A stretch of DNA of 64,000 nt from Candidatus Poribacteria bacterium. GTDB taxonomy: Bacteria > Poribacteria > WGA-4E > WGA-3G. The stretch covers positions 3,680,001 through 3,744,000 of the forward strand of contig CBDANF010000003.1 of NCBI GenBank assembly GCA_965197475.1, in the 5' to 3' direction. Position 1 is the stretch's first letter; every line of letters starts with the position of its first letter. The notes under the pieces were generated by a model. It saw only the letters and a list, made by a program, of their open reading frames with translations, was not told the origin of the DNA and made no database searches. Positions 43,224-52,608 of the stretch are shown here, piece after piece. The translations under genes and the position numbers were made by a program.

Positions 43224-44831
43224 ATGGAAGCCAAAAAAAGAAGCAGAATCATCATGGTGGCGAGTTGGCTGATTATCATCGGTATAATCGGACTTGCCTA
43301 TAAGTTTCTCGTTGAACCCCGTATTGGTGGTAGACGCGACAAACTCGTTGAAAAAACCAGTACGCAGCGATATGACCACGAAATTAAAGTGGCACACGAC
43401 TCTTTCCCCGGATACGCGATACTTCGATCAGACGCTGTAAAGAACCTACTGGATCGTCAATCGATTAAGCTTACCTTTGTTGACGATAAAGCCGATTATG
43501 TCCGCAGAGCACGCGACCTGAAAAGTGGTAAGGTGAAGATGGCAGTTTTTACCGTTGATGCCTACCTAAAAGCGGGTAATGTAATCGGTGATTTTCCTGG
43601 TTCAATTGTTCTCGTCATTGATGAATCCAAAGGTGCAGATGCGATTGTTGCACACAAGCGAGGCGTTGCAACCATCCCAAATTTGAGCAATCCGAAAGCG
43701 CGTATTGTGCTTACACCAGATTCACCGAGCGAAACACTCGCCCGAATTATGATTAACACGATGAGTCTACCGAGCCTCCCCGCTTCTTGGGCATCCGATG
43801 CAAACGGTGCTCAAGATGTCTATAAAAAACTCAAATCCGCGGATCCAGATGAGCCGTCCGCCTACGTTTTGTGGGAGCCTTACGTGACAAAGGCACTCGC
43901 GATTGATGGTGTGCATCTGCTGTTAGACAGTTCAAAACTGAAAGGTTATATTGTTGATGTGTTAGTGGTGCAGCGCGAATATTTAGACTCACAACGCGAA
44001 CTTGTTACACATGTTGTGCAGGCGTATCTGCGTGCAAACTATGATTATACTAACCAACCTGACGGGTTGCTGTCCTTAATCGAAGCGGACGCTAAGCAGT
44101 ACGGCGATGCACTTAACCGAAACGAGGCGAGTCAACTTGTTAAAGGCATTGAATGGCGGAACACCGTTGAGAATTACGCCCATTTCGGAGTAATTTCTGG
44201 GACAGAAGCAAAAGAGACTGAGAAACTTGAGACGATGATCGCTAAGATCATGCAAGTACTCGTCAAAACCAATTCACTCTCAGCAGACCCGTTGTCGGGG
44301 AAGTACGGAAACCTATTCTATGAAGGCATTTTGCGCTCACTTCACCATGATAAATTTCATCCCGGTGTGTTGAACGCAAGTGGCACGGACGGGTTAGATG
44401 ATATTTTCGTTGATACAGCACTTGTCGTAGAGGAGGAAGTTCGGGAAGAGACTGCGCTGAATCCGCTATCTGACACAAATTGGAACACGCTCGCGCCTGT
44501 CGCAGCGATGAAAATAGAACCGATCCAATTTGGTAGAGGGAATGCTCGCATTCATCGTGACAGCAAACGTGCCCTCACTGAAATTGCATCAAACCTTAAA
44601 TCGTTTCCGCAGTATTATCTCAGAGTTGTTGGTCACACGCGCAAAGAAGGAGACCCGGCGGCAAATAAAATTCTTGCTACACAACGATCTGATGCGGCTG
44701 CCAAGGCACTTAAAGAACTCGGTATCGGGAGCCACCGCATCCGTGCAATTGCGAGTACCCAAACCTCTACGAAGATGCAAGGAGGCGCAGCACAAAGCGT
44801 TACGTTTGAACTATTGGGAAAACCTTATTAG
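43224..44831 (+). CDS. membrane-anchored substrate-binding + OmpA-like domain protein
   Basis: N-terminal TM; DSFPGY, IDESKGADAIV, LWEPYV; VVGHT...LATQRSDAA OmpA motif. Confidence 0.78.
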   Translation: MEAKKRSRIIMVASWLIIIGIIGLAYKFLVEPRIGGRRDKLVEKTSTQRYDHEIKVAHDSFPGYAILRSDAVKNLLDRQSIKLTFVDDKADYVRRARDLKSGKVKMAVFTVDAYLKAGNVIGDFPGSIVLVIDESKGADAIVAHKRGVATIPNLSNPKARIVLTPDSPSETLARIMINTMSLPSLPASWASDANGAQDVYKKLKSADPDEPSAYVLWEPYVTKALAIDGVHLLLDSSKLKGYIVDVLVVQREYLDSQRELVTHVVQAYLRANYDYTNQPDGLLSLIEADAKQYGDALNRNEASQLVKGIEWRNTVENYAHFGVISGTEAKETEKLETMIAKIMQVLVKTNSLSADPLSGKYGNLFYEGILRSLHHDKFHPGVLNASGTDGLDDIFVDTALVVEEEVREETALNPLSDTNWNTLAPVAAMKIEPIQFGRGNARIHRDSKRALTEIASNLKSFPQYYLRVVGHTRKEGDPAANKILATQRSDAAAKALKELGIGSHRIRAIASTQTSTKMQGGAAQSVTFELLGKPY

Positions 44832-44838
44832 AATTATA

Positions 44839-44985
44839 ACGTGAGTTAGATAATAAGATCCAAATGTAGATGTCCGTTGGGTAGAGCGCAGCGAAACCCA
44901 GCAATTCAACCTCAACCGTTGGGGTGTAAAAATAGTTGGGTTTCACGTTGTTCTACCCAACCTACGGCATTTTTCGAACTCACGC
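44839..44985. mobile_element. IS982-end-derived MITE carrying a REP pair, 7-bp target duplication
   Basis: ends acgtgagttagataa and ttttcgaactcacgc match the IS982 end near 63526-63540; AATTATA on both sides. Confidence 0.7.
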
Positions 44986-45032
44986 AATTATAGTGAAAGA
45001 AAATATGTAGACATCTGTAGGAGGACAGAAAC

Positions 45033-45932
45033 ATGTCAATCAATAGAAAACAGACAAAGAAAACCAAGCATCGTTTCTCACGCCGTGCCTTCATCAAAAG
45101 TTCTGTGGGACTTGCGACTTCCGCGGCGGCTGGCGGCGGATTGCTTCGGTCAGCGGAGGCACAGTCCCAGTTTGGAGAATATATCCTTTATGATTCTACA
45201 CGCGATATGCACTGGGCTTATAATACACGCACTGGCAGGCGAGAATTCATTGAACACCATCACCCTGGCATGGATCCGACAGGCGAAAAATTCACATTTG
45301 TCCGGCTCAAATACCCCGGCGGCGATTGGTATACCAATCTCGTCAACACTTATCTCTGGCAATCAGATCTAATGTTTTCGCAGGTGCTTGCCAAGAATAC
45401 CGCAATTGATGTTAACCTGCGTAACCATCCACAGTACGTAGACATAGATGATTCTTGGCTGTTTAATTATCCGTTTCTCTATATGACAGGACACGGCAGA
45501 ACCCGGAGCGGAATGCGGCTTTCTGATGCTCAGATCCGCAAGTTGAGAGAATACTTTGAACGTGGCGGCTTCCTCCACGTCGAAGATTGTGATGCACGTC
45601 TTAACAACTACCGCGGCGGCTTGCGCCCGCATATCTACGAAATGATGCGGCAGGTCTATTCGGAAAAGAAATTTGAACATCTGGAGATGAGTCATCCGAT
45701 TTATCACACCCTCTATCCGCACGATGAGTACCTCGGCGGCGATAAACGTATCCGCGGCATCTCCGATTACGACGAGGCAATCATGGATGGAGACCGCGTG
45801 ATTGTCTATTTTTGTCCCAGCGATCTAAATTGTGCGTGGGAGGGCAGACCGTGTAGTCCCGGCGGCGAGGAACAACGGATGTGGGCATTTGAGCAGGGTA
45901 TGAATGTTGTGGCGTATGCCCTTACGCGGTAA
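45033..45932 (+). CDS. Tat-exported DUF4159 family protein
   Basis: SRRAFIK twin-arginine signal; FVRLKY, YPFLYMTGHG, YFERGGFLHVED. Confidence 0.8.
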   Translation: MSINRKQTKKTKHRFSRRAFIKSSVGLATSAAAGGGLLRSAEAQSQFGEYILYDSTRDMHWAYNTRTGRREFIEHHHPGMDPTGEKFTFVRLKYPGGDWYTNLVNTYLWQSDLMFSQVLAKNTAIDVNLRNHPQYVDIDDSWLFNYPFLYMTGHGRTRSGMRLSDAQIRKLREYFERGGFLHVEDCDARLNNYRGGLRPHIYEMMRQVYSEKKFEHLEMSHPIYHTLYPHDEYLGGDKRIRGISDYDEAIMDGDRVIVYFCPSDLNCAWEGRPCSPGGEEQRMWAFEQGMNVVAYALTR

Positions 45933-45992
45933 TTTATAGTCAAATCGAAACAAGGAATACCACGGTAGGAGCGGTTTCCTAACCGCTCCTTT

Positions 45993-47240
45993 TTATGTAC
46001 GTGTGAATGTCCGTGGAAGTTGTGCAAACAGTTTTTCGCGAAAACGTTCGTAGGCAAGGTTTGTCCCTGCGATGTTACCCGATGCGGGTCCGATTTGGAG
46101 TTGCGCAACGGTGCCTGAGCCAAACAGATTCTCGATTGGGTGGAATTGTAAATTGGAATCTAACTGCGGAAAACCACAGACAAGTGGGATCGGGTGCTGC
46201 CGAATTAGTTCTCTTAGGAATCCGTAACGGCGAAGATTAAATCTATACCCCGTTGCAAGAATAACACGGTGAACATTCGTAATCATTCCGTGTGTTGTTT
46301 CAACCTTTAAGCCCTGTGCAGAGTTATCCTCTTTCACAGCGACAATGTTGTGGATATTGGTTTCAGGATAGATATGTACTTTTGCGGTATCCTTCAGAGT
46401 TTCCATCACATCGGAAGTGATGCTACCTTCCCCTCTGTTTTCTTGGATAATTTGGTATCGCCGCTGAAAATCGGTCTCGCTTTCAAATTCGGTAAGTGCT
46501 TTGGGACCTAACCAGATCGGCGGAAAATCGAACTGTTCTGTCTTCAACTGCTTCCGAGCAATTAGCACCACGTGATACCCGCGTTCACTGAGACTTCTCG
46601 TAAGCGTTCCTGCTGTCAATCCACCCCCAACTATCACCATTTTACCGCTATTCTCTACCCATTGTTTGCAATTCACTGAAAATTGGGATGCGTGTACAAT
46701 CCTATCCGGATATTGGCGTTGCCATTCGGCAAACTCAGGTGGTACGTAAGCGCAATCCTCAGCACCGATAGCAACAATAACACAACGACTGCGAAACCCT
46801 TGATTGTTTGCCGAAATCAAGCGAAACGGATATTTTCCTGCCCCTTTGTCCCACCGTAATTTAGCCACCTCAAACTGATAGTAGACAGGATACTTCACGA
46901 TTTCAGCAAGTGCATCGTTGCAGAAATCCCAAAAGATCGCGGTAGATGGTTGCGAGTATGGCGGTGCCAATTCATTTGTTCGGTTGTGGCATTCAGCATA
47001 TTCAACGATACCTAAAGGATCGGGGGTAATATGATGCACTGCTGGGGAACGGAGAAACGTCATACCTTGACATTCCGTTTTGCTTCTCCATTCGGTGAGC
47101 GGTTGAGGATGCCGGTCTAAGATTGCGATGTGTCGTGCTGCTGTCGGCATGTCGCGTAGCAATCGGAGGGCAATAGAGATGCCGTGAATGCCGCCGCCGA
47201 TAATGGTAATCGGTATGTTACGATGAGCAAGAGTTTTCAT
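45993..47240 (-). CDS. FAD/NAD(P)-binding oxidoreductase
   Basis: IIGGGIHG, GMTFLRSP, IVGGGLTA, VILATGY. Confidence 0.85.
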   Translation of the reverse strand: MKTLAHRNIPITIIGGGIHGISIALRLLRDMPTAARHIAILDRHPQPLTEWRSKTECQGMTFLRSPAVHHITPDPLGIVEYAECHNRTNELAPPYSQPSTAIFWDFCNDALAEIVKYPVYYQFEVAKLRWDKGAGKYPFRLISANNQGFRSRCVIVAIGAEDCAYVPPEFAEWQRQYPDRIVHASQFSVNCKQWVENSGKMVIVGGGLTAGTLTRSLSERGYHVVLIARKQLKTEQFDFPPIWLGPKALTEFESETDFQRRYQIIQENRGEGSITSDVMETLKDTAKVHIYPETNIHNIVAVKEDNSAQGLKVETTHGMITNVHRVILATGYRFNLRRYGFLRELIRQHPIPLVCGFPQLDSNLQFHPIENLFGSGTVAQLQIGPASGNIAGTNLAYERFREKLFAQLPRTFTRT

Positions 47241-47257
47241 ATTCGCATTACAAAAGC

Positions 47258-48097
47258 TTAATCTGTATGGGGTCCGGGTAGGTGTACACTTTTTAGCGCG
47301 AAGGTTTGTGTCTGAAATGTATCGGTAGCGCGGTAACGGCTGAATCTATACCGAACAACACCGACTGAAGGCGCAACCCAATATACTGCAGGAGGACTAA
47401 TCAGACGAATTGACGGGTCATCACTGATGCCGTAAACTATCTCCTCGTAAACAAGATATGTATTGTAACTTCCCGCAGGCACGGTAACTGGCACATTCTT
47501 ATCTGCGACAAAACGGGTAGCAGAAACAGGTATTCCTGCAGTTTTTTCAAAAACAACCCATTCCTTGCCGACTTCCAATGGAAAATCCCATAGCCGACGT
47601 GGTGGAAAATGTTTTTGGTGAATTACTGGATTTTCGAACGAATGTAAGATATCAAATGCGGATTCTATAAACGCTTGCGGTGTTTTTGTAAAGTAGGTAG
47701 CCAAAATTGGATATGAGCATCCTTCAAAAAAATCAGTATCTAATCGAATGTAGTATGCATTCCCTGCCAAGTGATCAACTACTTCAAGGTCGCATTCGTC
47801 GAGTTCGGCGGGACTAATTTCCCTGATGGTCGTTTGTTGGCGATGTGTCGTTCCGCTGATGTCGCGAGTGCCGCCAATGCGTAGCGTGTGTTCCTGCCCA
47901 GTGTCAACATTGATGTATGTCCATGCTGATCCCGTATCTGTCGGGAAATCAATAGCGTTGAACACTCCTACTGTATCGGGTGAGGGCAGTGTGGTTTCAC
48001 CGTGCGGATCAATCAGTCCTTCTTCGCCACAACTCATGAGAAGCAGTAATAGAACGAGAATGACATAACGAGATACTGAGAACCGATAACTATTCAT
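47258..48097 (-). CDS. hypothetical lipoprotein
   Basis: LMSC lipobox; VTVPAGSY and WVAPSVGVV motifs; TAATG overlap with the upstream gene. Confidence 0.72.
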   Translation of the reverse strand: MNSYRFSVSRYVILVLLLLLMSCGEEGLIDPHGETTLPSPDTVGVFNAIDFPTDTGSAWTYINVDTGQEHTLRIGGTRDISGTTHRQQTTIREISPAELDECDLEVVDHLAGNAYYIRLDTDFFEGCSYPILATYFTKTPQAFIESAFDILHSFENPVIHQKHFPPRRLWDFPLEVGKEWVVFEKTAGIPVSATRFVADKNVPVTVPAGSYNTYLVYEEIVYGISDDPSIRLISPPAVYWVAPSVGVVRYRFSRYRATDTFQTQTFALKSVHLPGPHTD

Positions 48098-50742
48098 TAT
48101 TTCACCACAGAGAATTTTCCGGTACTTTGGAATCCATTTCCATCGGTAGCACGGAAAAAGTAAAGTCCGGTGCAGACGTTTTCGCCGCGTTGGTTTGTGC
48201 AATCCCATTCGGATGCGTTATCAATTACCTTAATTAAATTGCCTAATACATCGTAGATTTCAACTTTTAATCCTTTTGGATAAAAGGTTAGATGCCCCCC
48301 TTGCCCAGCACGAAGCGGATTAGGTGCAACCAATACGTTTCGGTTTGTGTTATTCACAACATACTTGAAGGTTTGTCCTTGCCAAATTTTATTCCCTGTT
48401 ATACCAGAAGGCGTTTTCCCGCTAATCTTATAGAGATAGATGCCTGTCGGTGGAAAACCGTTTGTGCGTAGGGTTCCGCGCCATTTTGTCGCCGACTCTT
48501 GCGTCAAAATGATGGTATAACTGTCTTTGTTAGGACTTTTTACCAACAACTGCGGAGCACTTTGCAGGGAACGTGTGCTTTGAACTTCAACATACCACTC
48601 ACCTGTGCGATGTGGTTGTGTAGTAATGAAGAATGCAGGTGCCTCGTTTGCTGTATCAACACTTGGCGTAATACTATCCGGTGCTATGCTTGGTGTTCCC
48701 ATAATGCCTATCGCGTCAACAGGCACAACGGCATATAAATAATGAACCTTTTTGTAATAATAAACGTGATCTGGATCGGTAAAGTCTAAATCAACATCTT
48801 GGAAGATGGTAGTATCTTCAAATTGGGTTTGATTTAGACTCACACGTCCAACGATAGTTATATTATCTTCAGGGATGCCGTTACCATCGCGGTCAGTAGC
48901 GGCGATCACTTCATCGGAATTTTGAAAAGGTTGGGGGACATCCGTTTCGTGCTGTAGTAGAGAGCGTTTTCTGACGATTACAACTCCCCGAATACCAGCT
49001 AGATTGTCAATATTCCACGTCACAAGAGGTCCATTAGTGCCTTGAGAGACTTGAGCGTTTGAAAGTTGACCTGTCGGAGGTGCACCTGCCATATAACTGA
49101 TAGAACCGCCAAAAGTACCACCGGGAATTATAACCTGTTCAACATCAGGGTGCATATTAATAAGAACGAGCGTAATTTCCTGAATGTCTCCTCCAAAATC
49201 TGTGAACGTCATTTGCGCTTCTTGGGAGCGTTGATAGGTGAATGCTTCTCTGATTTCGGTGCTTCCGTTCCGTTTTTTGACGACAAATTTGGCTGCCCAT
49301 CCACGCAGTCCCGTAAATGTGTGTCGGTTTAATTCCCTTTGAATTCTTGCTTGGTCGGTTTGTGTCAAGTTACTCATATCTATGGGTGCAAGGTCTGCAC
49401 CATCAATTTTAATTCCGAATTCCGGCATAATACCTGCTGGACGGAAGACAATATACCGACACGAAAAATGTTCTGGCATTGCTTCTGAATTGAAATCGGT
49501 ATGAATCGGATAATGCGTGTGAACGTCGTTTAGATGAATGGCAACAGGTGGAAACCGATCTGCGTTCCTATAGCCGGGAAGTTCGCTGTTTGTATTGGCG
49601 CGAGTATGTGTGAAATAGTTCCACACCGTAAAAGTTTTGAATGCTTCGGCAAGCGTCGTGCCGTTATTGATAAAGACATCGTCGAAATTAGCCATCTCAC
49701 GATAGCTTCCATCGGTGGAGTCTCTGTAAAATTGCCGTATGATGTCATAGCCAAACCTTTCTGCCATATACAGTGCCCATACTACCGAACCGTACTCGTG
49801 GTCACCGATGCGGCTTTCAAGCGAAATATCGGGAATGAGAAACCAACGGCGGAGTTGATGGATGTAATAGTTGTAAGAATTTGTTTCGTTAGGTTCATCA
49901 GGATCGGGGAGCGTATCGCCATCGTCAATTACTCCACCATCGTAAGTCATAACTTCTATCCACGTAGCGGATGCCTCCATGAACCATGTCGGCATATAGG
50001 CATTGTAGGCGAACTGAATGCCGTGCAAAAATTCATGTGCACACGTTGTTTCAAGATAACGTATTCCCTCCGCTTTTCCAACATAATCGTAAATACGGGA
50101 ATTGATCATGAAATAGGGTGCCACTGTCAACGCAGTGGATAATACACGACCTTCAAACCAGTCTGCGGTTGTGATACCGAGTGCGGGGAATGTAAAGAGA
50201 TATACATCAAATCTACGGTCGCCTCCATTTTGTGCTGCCCAAATATCAATGTATGGGGTCTTGAAACCCATCAGGTCAATTTGGAGGTGATGAGCACGTT
50301 CCATAGCATCAGCACAGAGATCGACATAATCAGGAACACCGTTGCGCGGGTGAAAATCCTCAAGCGGCGGGGCATGCGGTCCAACGCGCGTGTAATGAAG
50401 TCTGAAGTGCGGTGTGTTGAAATGTTCTGACAATTTGATATCACCGAAAAAACTACCGGGGAGTCCAGGTCGTAGGAAAATTGGCTTAAGTTCCTGACGA
50501 TATGTTGAAGGGATATTTTGCCAATTCTTTGCGATGGTGACAAAACTATCGGTTGCGCATTCCGTTATTTCGTTTAGGGTGTATCTTGGCTTGAGATTGG
50601 TGAACTTTCGGGCAGTTTGGATTGCACTTTGGAGTTCAGCGTCTGGGGGGAGTGTGTTTCCGACAGATAGAAATGTTACAAAGAATAGGATAATGGGAAT
50701 AGACAGTGATTTCATTGTTTGTGTTAGTTTATGTGTGTACAT
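48097..50742 (-). CDS. secreted zinc metalloprotease (MXAN_6640-like) with T9SS/FlgD-like C-terminus
   Basis: HFRLHY, NGVPDYVD, AHEFLHGIQ, WFMEASATW; APNP...YDVLG...TGLYFF tail. Confidence 0.8.
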   Translation of the reverse strand: MYTHKLTQTMKSLSIPIILFFVTFLSVGNTLPPDAELQSAIQTARKFTNLKPRYTLNEITECATDSFVTIAKNWQNIPSTYRQELKPIFLRPGLPGSFFGDIKLSEHFNTPHFRLHYTRVGPHAPPLEDFHPRNGVPDYVDLCADAMERAHHLQIDLMGFKTPYIDIWAAQNGGDRRFDVYLFTFPALGITTADWFEGRVLSTALTVAPYFMINSRIYDYVGKAEGIRYLETTCAHEFLHGIQFAYNAYMPTWFMEASATWIEVMTYDGGVIDDGDTLPDPDEPNETNSYNYYIHQLRRWFLIPDISLESRIGDHEYGSVVWALYMAERFGYDIIRQFYRDSTDGSYREMANFDDVFINNGTTLAEAFKTFTVWNYFTHTRANTNSELPGYRNADRFPPVAIHLNDVHTHYPIHTDFNSEAMPEHFSCRYIVFRPAGIMPEFGIKIDGADLAPIDMSNLTQTDQARIQRELNRHTFTGLRGWAAKFVVKKRNGSTEIREAFTYQRSQEAQMTFTDFGGDIQEITLVLINMHPDVEQVIIPGGTFGGSISYMAGAPPTGQLSNAQVSQGTNGPLVTWNIDNLAGIRGVVIVRKRSLLQHETDVPQPFQNSDEVIAATDRDGNGIPEDNITIVGRVSLNQTQFEDTTIFQDVDLDFTDPDHVYYYKKVHYLYAVVPVDAIGIMGTPSIAPDSITPSVDTANEAPAFFITTQPHRTGEWYVEVQSTRSLQSAPQLLVKSPNKDSYTIILTQESATKWRGTLRTNGFPPTGIYLYKISGKTPSGITGNKIWQGQTFKYVVNNTNRNVLVAPNPLRAGQGGHLTFYPKGLKVEIYDVLGNLIKVIDNASEWDCTNQRGENVCTGLYFFRATDGNGFQSTGKFSVVK

Positions 50743-51231
50743 TATTCTTATTTAAATGTGAGTTCGGTATAAGAAATTTGACGTTCTTGAAGATTTTTAT
50801 TTCTGGTTACCTATTTACGCAATTATGGATATTCTCTACAAACATATTGATAATTTCAGAGTAAATGCAAAATGGTTGCGTTGACAAAATGTTGATAACT
50901 CTTATTAGAACTGACTTCATGGGTAGTTTTGCAGTATAGGCTTTTTCAGAGTGAGTACTCTGAAAAGAAAACAATACTTTGGTCAATTCACGTTATTGAG
51001 CTAACTTGCAGAATTTGCAAGTTATGGTAAAATTCATAATTACTTATACGCTGCTGTAGCGCAAACTGTCAGTTCACACAGATACGGAAACACAAACTAA
51101 CAGTTTGTGCTACAACATAGGACGGTAGGTGCGGTTTCAAACCGAACTTCCCAAAAGTGTTCACATATTTTAGGATTTTACTATATTATACACGCTGGAG
51201 GGATAAAATTCAAGGCGAAACGAAGATATTA

Positions 51232-52116
51232 CAGAGCCATTCAATTTTCGAAATACATATTGTTGTATAGGTTATCATCATGTGTGGCCTGACTTTTCAC
51301 GCCACACATGATGGACTTCACCTTAGAGATTAGTCTAAAATCATTTGAGGTGAAAAATGACAAAACAAAAGTCTTGTCATCTACTTGAAATGTTAGTAGA
51401 AGTTCCTGATTCTCGCAAGTCACAAGGCAAACGCCATCCGCTCCCAGCTATTTAGGTCTCACGGTTGTCGCAATGCTGTGTGGGTATCGCAGTTATAGTG
51501 CTGTTGAAAACGGACACGGTTGGATACAAACACGCACGCTTACTGCCAGCACCGCCTCACAGACTATTTGGCATGGCCGGGGCTTGCACAAGTAATACCA
51601 TTTCTAAGTGAGTATATTGCATTAATTCGTAGGTTGGGTAGAGCGGAGCGAAACCAATAGCTGTCAACTTAAGAAAATATCTGTGTTTTTATGAACACTT
51701 CTCAATAGGCATGATGATTGAGACTGTCCTACATATAGTCCCTACGGGGTTGAAGACGACATATCATTATCACAAAAATCCTTAAGTTGACACATAAGGG
51801 TAGAGCGGAGCGAACCCAACAAAAGTGTGAAAAGTTGGGTTTCACTGGCCACCTCGCTGGAATGTGTAAGTATGTAATTTAAGATATGTTTGGCTATCAG
51901 CATTTTCTTTCTCAGTTTCGTTCTACCCAACCTACAGGTTACTATGACAATTTGTCAATTAGATATGGTATAATGTGTGCATTACGAAATGCGGTGATCA
52001 GTCTTTTGCGCACATCTGGATACGCTGAAATAGCATATTCACGCCGATATTTTGCCGCACATCCAGAGCAAGCACTCAAATTCATCGGGAGAGATACCGA
52101 AAATTGAATGGCTCTG
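51232..52116 (+). mobile_element. internally deleted ISAs1 (H-repeat) family element
   Basis: perfect 19-bp TIR CAGAGCCATTCAATTTTCG; fragments VPDSRKSQGKRHPL, ENGHGWIQTR, WPGL, ALRNAVISLLR. Confidence 0.8.
51654..51800. mobile_element. MITE inserted in a REP loop, 14-15-bp target duplication
   Basis: TIR ccaatagctgtcaacttaag and cttaagttgacacataaggg; tagagcggagcgaa on both sides. Confidence 0.7.
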
Positions 52117-52608
52117 TATTTTGATGCCAGTGCCCTTGTCAAACGTTATACCCAAGAAATTGGTAGTGATAAAGTCAATTTCATTTTCACTAATGTTCCT
52201 TTGAACCGCCTAATGTGTTTAATTCAAGGTGTTGTTGAACTGTTTTGGATTTGTGTGAGAAAGAAAAATGATGGTCGAATTACAAACCTTGATTTTTCTC
52301 AAGCGGGAATTAACTTTAATTATGAAATAATCGACAGTTACTCAGATTTCAAGACGATTTCCATTCCAGATACGCTTGTTTTAATCTCAATGTCTTTGAT
52401 TAAAACCTACTCGCTCAATAGCGTTATCGCAATGGTATTGCGCTCAGCGTTGGACATCGCAACAGAACTTCGTAATACCGGTGACACGTTAGTACTCATA
52501 GCCTCAGACCAACGTCTTCTCAGAGCAGCTCAAACTGAAGGACTGTTTGTCTTTAACCCAAAAATTGATCCACTACAGATACTTACAAATTGGATAACGC
52601 ATATATGA
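52108..52608 (+). CDS. VapC-like PIN domain protein
   Basis: YFDASALVKRY...ASDQRLLRAA. Confidence 0.8.
   Translation: MALYFDASALVKRYTQEIGSDKVNFIFTNVPLNRLMCLIQGVVELFWICVRKKNDGRITNLDFSQAGINFNYEIIDSYSDFKTISIPDTLVLISMSLIKTYSLNSVIAMVLRSALDIATELRNTGDTLVLIASDQRLLRAAQTEGLFVFNPKIDPLQILTNWITHI

Noticed and set aside
42814-43279. Short ORFs between the vWA and OmpA genes
   Set aside because: They lie within REP and MITE palindromes.
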